Shown: positions 31,389 to 41,802, counted from the first letter of the stretch. The stretch is DNA of 64,000 bases from an uncultured Chloroflexia bacterium (GCA_963700285.1 CAVOXA010000022.1:192001-256000), one strand, 5' to 3'. The notes: generated by a model from the sequence alone, not told the origin. A program made the numbers and translations.

Positions 31389-34300
31389 TTATTCGCCTAC
31401 TACCTCGATCATCGGCGACGGCCTGACCTGGCAGGCGGGCAGAGATGCCTCCGCTTCGCCGCCGGCCTGACCCATGGCTTGTAGCTTGAGATGCAGGCCG
31501 CCACAGCCAGACACCGGGAGATTGATGGACCAATAACCATGGCCATCGACGCTGGCGGACAGGGGCTCGGATAGGCTGCCGTTGGCGTCAATCAGCCAAA
31601 GGCGGACCAGGGCGCTCACCGCCGGAAGGCCGCCGGGTGCTTGCACCTGGCCATAGGCCAGGAAGGGCAGTGGAGGCAATCCGGTTGCTGTGGTCGTAAC
31701 GTGGTACAGCGCTCCGGCATTGTCATCGACAGAGTTCCCCGAATGCACGCGAAAGTGGTAGGTCGTCTCTGGCTTGAGCCCGGTAAGGTCGACCTGATGC
31801 ACGTGGGAAACCAGGCCCGATCCTGTCGTGAGCGGGGCCGATGGGTCCTGATGCCTCGAGTTGCCCAGGGCCTCCGTCTCACCAAAGTCGATCCAGCCAG
31901 TGCTAGGACCGTCCGTGCGCCAGGTGACGCTAAAAGCCACGTCACGGCGGTTCGTGACGAGGATGTCAGAGATGGCAGGTGTGGCCAAGGGCTCCCTGGC
32001 CTGGGGCAGCGCGGATGCCGAGTCAGGCGCCAGGGCCTGAGACTGGGCCGAGGCTGTTGCATCCGCTGCCTGGCCCAGCGCTCCGCCGCCTGCGCCGGGC
32101 GTATAGGTGGCAGCGCTGGCACACTTGACAAAGTACCCCGTGTCATTGCTGAGGGCGAAATCGTTGAAGGGCAGGTCGCGGACGTGGCCTTCCCAGCGGC
32201 CATCCTTCCACCGGTAGAGATCGGAACAGGCTCCACCCTGACTTGTGGCCTCTTCCAGCAGATCCTCAGCGCTCATCGGTGCGGGTAGCTTGGGCAAGCC
32301 TATCAAGGTCCAGGTCGGATCAAGCTGTAGCGGAAGGGGGCTGCTGGGTGCTGTTCCGGTGCGGTACCAGGCGCTGGCTGGGTCAGCCTGGATAAAATAG
32401 CCCTGGCCCAGTTCCAGCACAAAGTTGTTGGCGGGCGGCGCTCCATCATAGCACAGCCAGTCATCGCTGTCACTCAGCCAGGCGCAGAGTTGAAGGGCAT
32501 TGCCACCCTGACTCTGGATCTCGGTGCGCGCCGTCTCGGCGTCGGTGGCTGGGTTGGTCTCTACATTGGGCGCGATCAGATTCCAATCGCTGGCCAGGTC
32601 GTGGCTGGACAGAGCTCCAGGATCACCGTAGGCGATGTGTAGGGTTGGCGCCAGGCTGAGGTCACCATGGCTGTCGGCGCCGTCGTAGGACTCGGCGGTC
32701 CGCCGCCCGGAGCCGGTGACGATGAGCGCCAGGCTGTGCCCGGAACTCCAGCCGGGCCGATTGACGATCTCTTGGATAATGGGCGTTAGATCGGAGCTTT
32801 GGTACGCCTCATGGACCGCCACCCAGGGCGCGACGTCGTTCCAGCTCACCGAGGCCGCCGTCCTGCTCCGGTTAGAGATGTCATAGGCGCTGCTGGAAAA
32901 TACTGCCGCGTCGTCGCTGGCCTGGCCGTAGAAGACGAGGCTGGCCGCGCCTGTCTGAACATCGTCGGCCCAAAACTCGACACTTGCCCCGGTGATGGCG
33001 GCCCCCTGGGGCACCGGCACGTTCTGAAAACGGAGGCCAACGGTCTGGAGCGCGCTGTCCTCCACCAGCTCCAGGTCGTCGCCCTTGAGGGCCACGTCGC
33101 CGTCGGTGGACCGCTCCTCGGCATCGTCCGAGGAGGCGACTATGGGGATATGGACGCTGCCGGTTGCGCCGCCACAGGCCGCGACGACCTCAAATGCGTC
33201 GTACCAGGGACCACCGTTGGCGGCAGCAAGCTCCAGCTCGAAGGTGAGGCTGTGGCCGTTGGGCGTGCCGGGCTGCAATTCGCACACAAAGGGCTGGTTG
33301 CTTAGCGCCGTCCCGCCAGCGGCAATGTCCGGGTAGGCGCTGGTCTGGCCGCTGCAGTTGACGTAAGGACTGGCGCTGCTCAGGCTGGCATGGACTCCGG
33401 TGGCCGCGCTGGCGCCCTGATTGTGCAGCTCGACAGTCAGCTCGATGGTCTCGCCGCATTCGGCCAGGCCGTCACCGTCGCCGCTGCTGGCCCCGTTTCC
33501 ATCGTCATCGATGCTGTGGCCGTCATACACCAGTGGCCCGGGTGCCGCGGCGCCAAAGTTGGCCGTGACCGACGCATTGCCCTCCATGGTCAGGCTGGCC
33601 GGGTTGCTGGCCCCCGACAAGTCACCGCTCCAGCCGGTGAAGGACTTGTCTGGGTCAGGGATGGCCGTGAGCCGGACGACGTCGCCATAGTGGTAGATAG
33701 CCTGGTCGGGGTCGACATCCACCGTACCGCCGCCCGAGGCGCTCACGGCCAGTGTGTACTCGGCCTGAGCAAAACGCGCGCTGACAGATTTGTTCCCATC
33801 TATCGTCAGGCTGGCCGGGTTGTCGCTCCCGGAGAGGTCGCCGCTCCAGCGGTCAAAGGTCCGGCCGGGGCCGGGTTCGGCTGTCAGGCTCACCTGAGTA
33901 CCGGCGGTGTAGGCGCCGGCGCCGCAGTTGGGCGTTGGGCCGGCGCTCACCGAGCCGCTGCCCGGTGGGTCGGCGTCGGTAGAGAGCGTGTGGCAGGTCT
34001 GCAGGCCAAAGGCATAGTTCTGGCCGATCTCGTCGTGGCTGAGCGCCCGGCAGTACAGGGCGACCAGGTGCAGCTTGCCCAGCCAGGGGCGTTCGCCTAC
34101 CGGCTCGTTGCCCAGGGTCAGCGGGTAGCTCGCGTCCCACCCGGTCAAGGCGCCGCCGACGACCTGCCGGACCTGCAGCTCGTCGTTGACATAGATCCTG
34201 GCTGTCCCGGCCTGCTCGCGGGTGTAGACCAGGTGGGTCAGTCCGGTCGTGGTGGCGCCATCCAGCGTCCATAGGGAAGGCTCGCCGTTGTCGGATTGCT

Positions 34301-36599
34301 CGGTCGTGCGCAGCCGCGAGTCAAAGACCTCGGGCTGCTCATCGCGGAACAGCAGCCCCTGGCCCAGCGTAAAGTTGCGGCTCTTGGTGTCGGGTGACAG
34401 GGTCACGATGCGCGCCGGACCGTCCTGGGTGATATTGTCTGGCTCGATCCAGGCTTCGACGGTGAGTTCGCCAGAGGCCTGGCAGGCGGTGTTGATCTTG
34501 GTCGCCGCGCCCGGGGAGGAGATGATCGCCGGCGAGTCCAGGGCAAGGGCGCCGTCCTCCCAGGTCACCGCGCCAAGATCGTCGATGCCCAGATCCAGCG
34601 GTTGGCCCACCCCGGAGACGTCGTGTACGGTGGAGCCGCCGCCCTCGTCGAAGGTATACAGTGCCTGCAGCCCATTGCTCACCCGAGCATCGACCACCGG
34701 CGGCTGCGCGGGCGGGCAGGCCCCCTGGCACTCGTAGGCGCCCAGGTCGGGCGCCGCGCCATTGTAGGCCAGGACCACCGCGTCGCCGGCGTTCCAGGAC
34801 AGGCTCTGGGAGACGGTGATCTGGTTGCCGCCATAGTCGATGGCGGTGATACGCACCGGGCTCCGGCCGCCGATCTGGATCTCATCGCCTGGGGTCACGC
34901 CCATGCCGTCGCCAAAGTAGCGGGCGTCCAGCAGCCGGACCGTCGTACCCGACCCGCTGCCGTCGGTGTGCGTCAGCGCCCCGCCCGCGTCGATGGCGGG
35001 TGAGTGGTCGCGGAGGCGGAAATCAAACTGGCCGTGCTCGCCCACCGGGCGCTCGGGAGCGTCCACAAACATCGGATCGGCGTAGAAACTGGCTGCTTCG
35101 TTGCCGGTGATCGAGTTCAGGCCCTCCAGCCGTCGCTGCCACATGCTCAGCGTCAGCTTGTCCCAGTCGCCGGCATCCCGGACGTGGGCGAAATAGGCGC
35201 CGTAGGTGTTATAGTACAGGTTGTGGTCGACTTGGCTGGTGCCATTCTGGTCTTCCGTGAGCAACAGCGACACCTCGGCCGAATTGTGTCCCACAAAGAT
35301 GTTGTTCTGGACGCCGATGCCGCCATCGCCCAGTTCTTTCTGGCGGACGCCCGTCCAGTTGGGCTTGTTAAGGGTATCCCATTCGCTGTTGGGCCCGGTA
35401 TAGTCGCGGTTGTTGCCCACGAGGGTGTTGTGATAGATCTTGTAGCCCTGGTGGGCGCGGATGGCCGGCGCGCTGTCAAAGATGAGGTTGTTGCGGATGA
35501 TGACGTCGCGGGTGCTGCTGGTGTTGCCCCGCGAGATGGAGGCGTGGGCGTCCCGGTTCCAGCCATACAGGGGGCCGTTGCTGCTGCCGATGATGCCATA
35601 GATGATGTTGCCCTCGATGACGACGTGGGCCGCACCCTTCAGGTCGATGGCGTTCTCGGCGTGGTAGCGAAAGATGTTGCCGCGGACGATGGTACCGAAA
35701 TTCGAGATGTCGTTTTCGCGCTCTGGCCCGTCGGGCAGATCCGTGTCCTGCAGGAACTGGATGCCATCTTCGACGGCGCTGCCCTCCAGCAGGTTGCCCT
35801 CGATGAGGTTGCCCTGCATCACCCCCTTGCCACTGCCGACGACGATGGAGCTCTGGCCTGTAGACGAGATGGTGTTGTTGCGGATGACATTGTAGCGCGG
35901 TGCGTTCTTGAGGTGCATGCCCTGGTTGACGCCGCTGATGGTGTTGCCCTCGATGAGGTTGTAGGTCGTGCCGCTCAGTACGATGCCGAATTCCAGGTAT
36001 CCGTCCTGGAACAACTGCAGGGGGTCGCCGGGGCGATAGATGGTACAGTTGCGGATCTCGTTGTGGTGCCCGAGTTCGCCCAGGTGTACCCAGGGCCAGC
36101 GCTTGTCGCCGCCCGGGGGTGCGTGGCCATAGCTCAGGGTAAAGCCGTCGACGACGATGTAACTCTGGTCGGGCAGGGCGACGAGGCTGTCGACGCCGGG
36201 CTGGCCGCGCAGCGTCACCGCTTCGTTCTGATAGTTGGTGTAGGTGATCTTGGCCCCGGCCGCGCCCGAGTTCTCTGGCTCAATAAACTCGTCGTAGGTT
36301 CCGGCCCGGACATAGACCGTGTCGCCTGCTTGGAGTACCTGGTTGGCCTTGGCGATCGTCCGCCAGGGCTGCTGCAAGCTGCCGGGGTTGGCATCGCTGC
36401 CGTTGGGGGCGACATAGTACACGGCGCCCTCGGGCGCCAGCGTCCGGCCGTTGTACGCGCTGGCAGCCAGGGCCGGCCCTGGCATGGAGGCAAGAAGCGC
36501 GGCGACGACCAGCATCACCACCGCGACCGAGCGGGCCGTACCGGCCACGCGGGCCAGTACGCCCTTTGCTGACACATCTGCGTACACCCAATCCCTCAT
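31389..36599 (-). CDS. Very large secreted protein: right-handed beta-helix (pectin-lyase-like), LamG-like, InlB-B-like, 'SSDDA' and FN3-like domains
   Basis: YYVAPNGSDANPGS..PWRTI, parallel beta-helix repeats, LYTFDEG/LTVEAWI LamG motifs, WNLI repeats, HQVDLTGLKPETTYHFRV; GAGGTG RBS before ATG 36599. Confidence 0.88.
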   Translation of the reverse strand: MRDWVYADVSAKGVLARVAGTARSVAVVMLVVAALLASMPGPALAASAYNGRTLAPEGAVYYVAPNGSDANPGSLQQPWRTIAKANQVLQAGDTVYVRAGTYDEFIEPENSGAAGAKITYTNYQNEAVTLRGQPGVDSLVALPDQSYIVVDGFTLSYGHAPPGGDKRWPWVHLGELGHHNEIRNCTIYRPGDPLQLFQDGYLEFGIVLSGTTYNLIEGNTISGVNQGMHLKNAPRYNVIRNNTISSTGQSSIVVGSGKGVMQGNLIEGNLLEGSAVEDGIQFLQDTDLPDGPERENDISNFGTIVRGNIFRYHAENAIDLKGAAHVVIEGNIIYGIIGSSNGPLYGWNRDAHASISRGNTSSTRDVIIRNNLIFDSAPAIRAHQGYKIYHNTLVGNNRDYTGPNSEWDTLNKPNWTGVRQKELGDGGIGVQNNIFVGHNSAEVSLLLTEDQNGTSQVDHNLYYNTYGAYFAHVRDAGDWDKLTLSMWQRRLEGLNSITGNEAASFYADPMFVDAPERPVGEHGQFDFRLRDHSPAIDAGGALTHTDGSGSGTTVRLLDARYFGDGMGVTPGDEIQIGGRSPVRITAIDYGGNQITVSQSLSWNAGDAVVLAYNGAAPDLGAYECQGACPPAQPPVVDARVSNGLQALYTFDEGGGSTVHDVSGVGQPLDLGIDDLGAVTWEDGALALDSPAIISSPGAATKINTACQASGELTVEAWIEPDNITQDGPARIVTLSPDTKSRNFTLGQGLLFRDEQPEVFDSRLRTTEQSDNGEPSLWTLDGATTTGLTHLVYTREQAGTARIYVNDELQVRQVVGGALTGWDASYPLTLGNEPVGERPWLGKLHLVALYCRALSHDEIGQNYAFGLQTCHTLSTDADPPGSGSVSAGPTPNCGAGAYTAGTQVSLTAEPGPGRTFDRWSGDLSGSDNPASLTIDGNKSVSARFAQAEYTLAVSASGGGTVDVDPDQAIYHYGDVVRLTAIPDPDKSFTGWSGDLSGASNPASLTMEGNASVTANFGAAAPGPLVYDGHSIDDDGNGASSGDGDGLAECGETIELTVELHNQGASAATGVHASLSSASPYVNCSGQTSAYPDIAAGGTALSNQPFVCELQPGTPNGHSLTFELELAAANGGPWYDAFEVVAACGGATGSVHIPIVASSDDAEERSTDGDVALKGDDLELVEDSALQTVGLRFQNVPVPQGAAITGASVEFWADDVQTGAASLVFYGQASDDAAVFSSSAYDISNRSRTAASVSWNDVAPWVAVHEAYQSSDLTPIIQEIVNRPGWSSGHSLALIVTGSGRRTAESYDGADSHGDLSLAPTLHIAYGDPGALSSHDLASDWNLIAPNVETNPATDAETARTEIQSQGGNALQLCAWLSDSDDWLCYDGAPPANNFVLELGQGYFIQADPASAWYRTGTAPSSPLPLQLDPTWTLIGLPKLPAPMSAEDLLEEATSQGGACSDLYRWKDGRWEGHVRDLPFNDFALSNDTGYFVKCASAATYTPGAGGGALGQAADATASAQSQALAPDSASALPQAREPLATPAISDILVTNRRDVAFSVTWRTDGPSTGWIDFGETEALGNSRHQDPSAPLTTGSGLVSHVHQVDLTGLKPETTYHFRVHSGNSVDDNAGALYHVTTTATGLPPLPFLAYGQVQAPGGLPAVSALVRLWLIDANGSLSEPLSASVDGHGYWSINLPVSGCGGLHLKLQAMGQAGGEAEASLPACQVRPSPMIEVVGE

Positions 36600-36827
36600 A
36601 CACACCTCACCCCGGATTCGTCGCCAGTCCACGCAGAAAAAGGCCCGCCATACCGCATGGGTAGCGCTGGGCCCGGCCAGGGGCCTCCACGCCACAACCA
36701 GCGCAGTGGGCGGGCTGTAAATTGCCTGCAGTCTTTTGCCAAGGGGCGCCGTCCGACTTGGCAGCGACCAGCGAATCGTTCAGAGGCTACGCGCCCGCGA
36801 GCCGGGCGCGCCTTCAGTCCAGGTGCC

Positions 36828-36856
36828 AGTATACCATGGGCGAACGTGCAAGTCAA
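36828..36856 (-). promoter_or_regulatory. Promoter
   Basis: TTGACT-17-TATACT with extended -10 TG, followed by GG. Confidence 0.7.
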
Positions 36857-37000
36857 TGACGTTTACGTGACGGTCGGGGTACGGTTAGGGGGCGTTTTTG
36901 TGCGGAATCCGACCTCAATGCGATCCCATGGGCGCGATTCCCTTGGAAGCCGGTGAAAGAGGGCAGGCGCCAGCGACTATCTAGCTGATGGCCTACCAGT

Positions 37001-38956
37001 TCAACGGGCGTGCCAGACGCCGATGGGCAGATAGATCGACCTTGGCGGGACAAAGGGACCGGTGACATCAAATTGATCGATGATCTCACCCTCAATCGTC
37101 TTGAAATAGCCCTCAGCTTGATAGGGATCGCCATTTACATGAAAGGTGATGAACAGTGCACCATAGGCGGCGTCTGGATCTTGGTCGGTCGTGTAGACTT
37201 TGGCCCACTCTTGCTTGCAGCCGTAGGGAAAAGTACTGGGCAGACAGCGGTCCTGGTTTCTCATGCTTTTGCCACCGGCCCCAGAAACAAATACAAAGGT
37301 CCTGCCCGGACCGACACAGACATCGACGTCAGGCGTGTCGGGGTTGTCTTCACAGGAAAGGTCAACTTTTTGGTTTTCCGTACTGGTCAGGGTTCTGGTG
37401 CGCTGATAGCTGTGTTCGTGACCGGTAGCAATGATGGCGCCAAAATCGAGGCAGTTTTCATAGGCTTCCCAGCCAACCGCATCCCCCTTCACGCCGAGTT
37501 GCATGGCGTTTTGGTTCTTGTGCCAGGTACAAAGCTTCCAGATGTGAGCATCGTTTCGAAACTGATCGCGAATGTAGGAAGCGTCAGCAGAACTCAGCGT
37601 ACCGATACCAGAAAGGATAAAGGACAGGCCCCGATAGGTACAGGAGGCTTGGACCCCCAAATCGCCATCACAACTGGCACCCGGGGTTTTGTCGAGATGA
37701 CTCTGGAGTATCGATTGATAATCAGGCCAACGATCGCGCAGGATATCGTGATTTCCAACAGTGCCAAAGTATGGGTAACTGTCACCCAGGTGGTCGGATA
37801 TCACTTGCTCCCACTTTTTAGGTCCATCCTCATAGCCAAAGTCGCCCTGATGGAGGACCATGTCAGCGCCTTCCGCTTTGATGAGGTCCAAGACGGCCCC
37901 AAATTCAGCCCCGGCGCCCGAATCACCGATGAAAGCGACCTTGAGGCCGGAATCGGTAGGAATGGGAGTGACTTCGGTATACTGAAAGTGGGCAGCGACA
38001 GAGTGGTTGGCGTCCATGGTGAGGGTGTCTGGGTTGGTGGAACCGGTCAGGTCGTCGCTCCAATTGCTAAAGGCATAATACTTGGCTGTGGGTTCAGCCG
38101 TCAGTTCCACCGTCTCCCCCATGTAGTACTTGCCATCCGCACAGTTGGGTGGCGGATCAGCCACCACTGTCCCCGCGCCTGGGGGGATGACGTTCGTGGT
38201 CAGGGTGACGCAGGCAGTCTCACCGGCGAACGTGACGACCAGCTTGGGGCTCAGGGCCACGTTTGACTGGTCTTTGGCGCCGTCGTAGGATACCGCGGTC
38301 CGCCGGCCTGCCGTACCGGTGATCTGAAAGGCGATGGCGTTGCCGGGCGTCCAGCCCGCGCGCCGCACGATCTCCTGGACGATGGCGCTCAGGTCTGGGC
38401 TTCGGTGCGTTCCGCCCTCCTCCGGCCAAACCGGCACAGAGTCCCAGTCCACCGACGCAGAAGTCTTGGGCCGGCCACTGATGTCATAGGAGGCGTCCCC
38501 TTCTTTGTACGTGGCAGCGGTGTCACTGGCTTCGCCAGAGATGGTCAGATCGGTGGGGTCAAGATTCCCTCCAGGATCCGTGGCCGTGAACTCGATATAG
38601 GCCTGCTCAATGCGGACACCCTTGGGGATGTCCAGGTTGGCGAAGCGAAGGCCCACGTATTGGGGCCCCACCGGGCCGAGACCAAGCTCCAGTGTATTGC
38701 CGCGGTCCTGTACTTTGCCTTCCCAAGGAGCCTCGACATGCTCCTCGGCGTCGTCGGAGGACTGGCTGACCCTCACCTCGATGGTATCGGTGGCGCTTGC
38801 CAGGACGCCGGCGCCTCCGCTTCGGCTTTGCATGGGCAGATCCGCGCTGCCGGCCGCCCGGGCAACCGAGACCAGTACGACCATCAGGAGCAGGGACACA
38901 GTTATCAGACCCAATACACGGATCAGACGTTTCAAGAGCATCATTTCTTTGACCAA
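37001..38956 (-). CDS. Secreted calcineurin-like metallophosphoesterase with 'SSDDA' and InlB-B-like domains
   Basis: GDSG, GDFGY, GNHD, WH and GHEH motifs; ends IYLPIGVWHAR. Confidence 0.88.
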   Translation of the reverse strand: MVKEMMLLKRLIRVLGLITVSLLLMVVLVSVARAAGSADLPMQSRSGGAGVLASATDTIEVRVSQSSDDAEEHVEAPWEGKVQDRGNTLELGLGPVGPQYVGLRFANLDIPKGVRIEQAYIEFTATDPGGNLDPTDLTISGEASDTAATYKEGDASYDISGRPKTSASVDWDSVPVWPEEGGTHRSPDLSAIVQEIVRRAGWTPGNAIAFQITGTAGRRTAVSYDGAKDQSNVALSPKLVVTFAGETACVTLTTNVIPPGAGTVVADPPPNCADGKYYMGETVELTAEPTAKYYAFSNWSDDLTGSTNPDTLTMDANHSVAAHFQYTEVTPIPTDSGLKVAFIGDSGAGAEFGAVLDLIKAEGADMVLHQGDFGYEDGPKKWEQVISDHLGDSYPYFGTVGNHDILRDRWPDYQSILQSHLDKTPGASCDGDLGVQASCTYRGLSFILSGIGTLSSADASYIRDQFRNDAHIWKLCTWHKNQNAMQLGVKGDAVGWEAYENCLDFGAIIATGHEHSYQRTRTLTSTENQKVDLSCEDNPDTPDVDVCVGPGRTFVFVSGAGGKSMRNQDRCLPSTFPYGCKQEWAKVYTTDQDPDAAYGALFITFHVNGDPYQAEGYFKTIEGEIIDQFDVTGPFVPPRSIYLPIGVWHAR

Positions 38957-39432
38957 TCTTGTGCCTTCCTGCCAGAGGCGTTACAGCTCACCAGACTCAG
39001 CAGCCGGATCGATCCCCGAGTGGGTGGGCGAGACCCACCCAGACAGGGGCACAGACCACGGCTCCCGTTTATCATGATTTCGGACATTATAGCGCAATTT
39101 CATGAGAAAGGCAAAAGTCACGGTCCCCCCTGCCAGGGTTGTTGCCAAGTCGCACTCGAGATCCTCCCGCAGGATTCTGGCACGCAGTGGGCCACCCCTG
39201 GCACCCTCGCCGCCAGCCTCAACATCCGCCGAATTCCGAGGGGCAAAGCGACCAGCCTTGACCTCTGACGGCCGCGAGATCGTGTCTCCACCATCACCGA
39301 CCTGCTCCGCGTCACCCGCGTCTGGTGCCTGTAGGGGTGGCCCTACAGTGTCATCCCCGCGCAGGCGGGGATCCATCCTCCGCGCATTCTCGCGACCGGG
39401 CGTGCACGGGTCTCGTCACCCAAGACTTCTTG

Positions 39433-41802
39433 CTAGTTCTCGCGCATGACAACGGGCAGGTGGATGCAACCCAGTTGTTTGAAGCTCCAGGCCGGCGACC
39501 ACGCACCGTGACCGCAGTCGGTGGCAGCGCGCACGCGCCAGTGATAGCTGCCCGCTGACAGAGGCGTTGCCGGGGTAAAGCTGGTGCCGGAAACCTCACT
39601 GTCGATTTCTGGCGAGGAAAAGTCAGCGTCATTGTCCACCTGGATCCGGTAGGAGCCTGCACCGGTGGCCGCTGACCAGGCAAAGGTCGGCGCCGTGCGG
39701 CCCGTGTTGCCGCCATCGGGCGGTGAGGAGAGCTCGGGCTGGGAGTCGCTAACCACAACCTCCAGACCAAAATACTCCGCGAAGGCTGGATCCTCATAGT
39801 CCAACCAAATAGAGGTTTCAACGTCACAGGACGGGGCCTCTGGAAGGAACTCATCTGTCAGACCTGGCCCGAACTTCACATACAAGCGAACGTCATAGTC
39901 CTCGGGCACATTTGCCAAATGGGCCTCCGTGTAGCGGTCGTTATGCTCCACGGCAACGACGGAAATGCCCGACGCATGGTCGGTGTAGTCACGCGTGTTG
40001 GCATTGGCAATCTGCCGGGCAACCCCATCCGGTCCGGTCACGACAACGGCTACGGCACCCCCACCTCGCTTGGGGTTCAGCTTACTTATGGGTGGGGTCC
40101 GGTTGGTGCACTTTTCGTAGTGTTGGCTGATTACAAGATCCTCCAGCGCTGTCTCTCCGGTTTCGGCGCTAGAGACCGCATCGTACTCACCAGGGGTGTA
40201 GTTGCGCACCTTGCAGCTTGGCCTTAGCTCGGCCTCAATCGTAAAAGTCTGCTGGTTGGAGTCGGAGTCCAGCTCAGTACCCAGATAGGTGCCGCCGGGG
40301 CAGTCGATCCTGTCGTCATTGAACCAGCCATCGCCGTCGTTGTCCTGCTCGAAACAGGAATCCGCCTGGGTGTAGCGGCTTTCGCCAAAGACTGGAGTAG
40401 GAGGTTCTGAGACACTTATTCTAGCCCATTGAATGGAGTTCTTGTTGTCAATAGATAGTGTACCGTCGGGGTGAAGAGACACCTCGAAAAACAAATCGGG
40501 GTACTTCTCTTTGTCCCAATCTTTGGGGGGGTAGCCGGTCGAAGGAAGCGTGTACATCATGATCTCGTTCGAGTTGATGGGGTTAAAGTCATGAGTATCT
40601 GAATTCCGGACAGATCCATCTGTGGTATTCCAGATATAGGATTTGGCTGCATGGACGTGACCTGTAATTACTGCCTTGATTTTCGGAGCACGATTTTCGA
40701 GCAAGTCTATGTAGGCATCGGCTGTGTCTTGGCATAAAGTAGGAGCGGTTCCGCGTATTTCGCCCTCCGGAGAAACATGCCAGAACAAAATGGCCGTCTT
40801 TCCGGAAACCTTTTCATCCAAATAAGCATCGAGGCCCAACAATTGGTCTATGCTGAAACGCACACAACTTCCTTCCGCAAAGCTGTGCACTGCTTCACCG
40901 CTATGCAATAAATAGAAATGCCACCCGTTGGTTTGAGTTGCAGGAATTTCGTCTGCTACTGGAATGAATGGTGTAACACGATACCAACTGGAATAATCTG
41001 TAAACTGAGCCACGGCCTCTGGCAGGTGAATACTCTGCTTCTTCCCATAGTCTCTTATGTCGTGATTACCCAATACCGTGTAATGGGGCACGTAGGGGAA
41101 AGTCTCGCTGACATATTTGAAATACCATAAAGGCGTAGTAGTATCGGGAAAGAGACCCGTATATTCGAGATACAAGTCTTCGATAGCATCCCCAAGGGCG
41201 ACAACAAAACCAGGATGAAAACCATCCGTGCGTAGACGTGCGCCTACATCCTCCAGGCGCGCCCTTTTGTGATCCTTCTCGGTTTTGTATTGACAGGGCC
41301 ACTTTGTGGGGGGCGAGGGGGCGGGCCACGGTGGCCAATTCGGCGGATAAGAGGGGTTACAGATATGTGAGTCAGCGTACACAGCAAACTGCACCTCTCC
41401 CACCTCTCCTCCTACCGAGAAGTAGGCTTCCACCGAGCCCTTGCCGGGAGAACTACTGAATTCGTAGAGCACATAGAGGCGATGTGGGCCGTAACTCAAG
41501 CTGCTGGGGTCGTAGCGGATGGAGAACGGGGGAGTGGAACTCGTACCTACGGGGCGGTCGAAGATGGTTTGGCGATCGATCCAGAATATCGCCTCGAAGG
41601 TATCGTCTGGTAGACCAGGGTCGAAAAAAATGTAGAACGGACCGTTAACCAGCGCACCCTCCAGTGGCTTCGCTGTTGAAGGGTCGTTTGAATAGCTATA
41701 GGTGATCTCTATTGTCGCTGCAGGTCCTGACGCCAGTGCCACTGCAGATTCTGTCACCAGGAGTACCAGCAAGACAGCGACTGCTTTCTGTAGGTTTCTC
41801 AT
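39433..41802 (-). CDS. Secreted calcineurin-like metallophosphoesterase with a C-terminal FN3-like domain
   Basis: DSH, GD, GNHD, WH and GHVH motifs; signal peptide; GGAGGAG RBS; ends IHLPVVMREN. Confidence 0.82.
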   Translation of the reverse strand: MRNLQKAVAVLLVLLVTESAVALASGPAATIEITYSYSNDPSTAKPLEGALVNGPFYIFFDPGLPDDTFEAIFWIDRQTIFDRPVGTSSTPPFSIRYDPSSLSYGPHRLYVLYEFSSSPGKGSVEAYFSVGGEVGEVQFAVYADSHICNPSYPPNWPPWPAPSPPTKWPCQYKTEKDHKRARLEDVGARLRTDGFHPGFVVALGDAIEDLYLEYTGLFPDTTTPLWYFKYVSETFPYVPHYTVLGNHDIRDYGKKQSIHLPEAVAQFTDYSSWYRVTPFIPVADEIPATQTNGWHFYLLHSGEAVHSFAEGSCVRFSIDQLLGLDAYLDEKVSGKTAILFWHVSPEGEIRGTAPTLCQDTADAYIDLLENRAPKIKAVITGHVHAAKSYIWNTTDGSVRNSDTHDFNPINSNEIMMYTLPSTGYPPKDWDKEKYPDLFFEVSLHPDGTLSIDNKNSIQWARISVSEPPTPVFGESRYTQADSCFEQDNDGDGWFNDDRIDCPGGTYLGTELDSDSNQQTFTIEAELRPSCKVRNYTPGEYDAVSSAETGETALEDLVISQHYEKCTNRTPPISKLNPKRGGGAVAVVVTGPDGVARQIANANTRDYTDHASGISVVAVEHNDRYTEAHLANVPEDYDVRLYVKFGPGLTDEFLPEAPSCDVETSIWLDYEDPAFAEYFGLEVVVSDSQPELSSPPDGGNTGRTAPTFAWSAATGAGSYRIQVDNDADFSSPEIDSEVSGTSFTPATPLSAGSYHWRVRAATDCGHGAWSPAWSFKQLGCIHLPVVMREN

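Noticed and set aside
35004-36572. Long antisense ORFs (also 12363-13406, 26718-27944, 37010-38266, 49231-50949)
   Set aside because: They are shadows of GC-rich genes on the opposite strand with no recognisable motifs.
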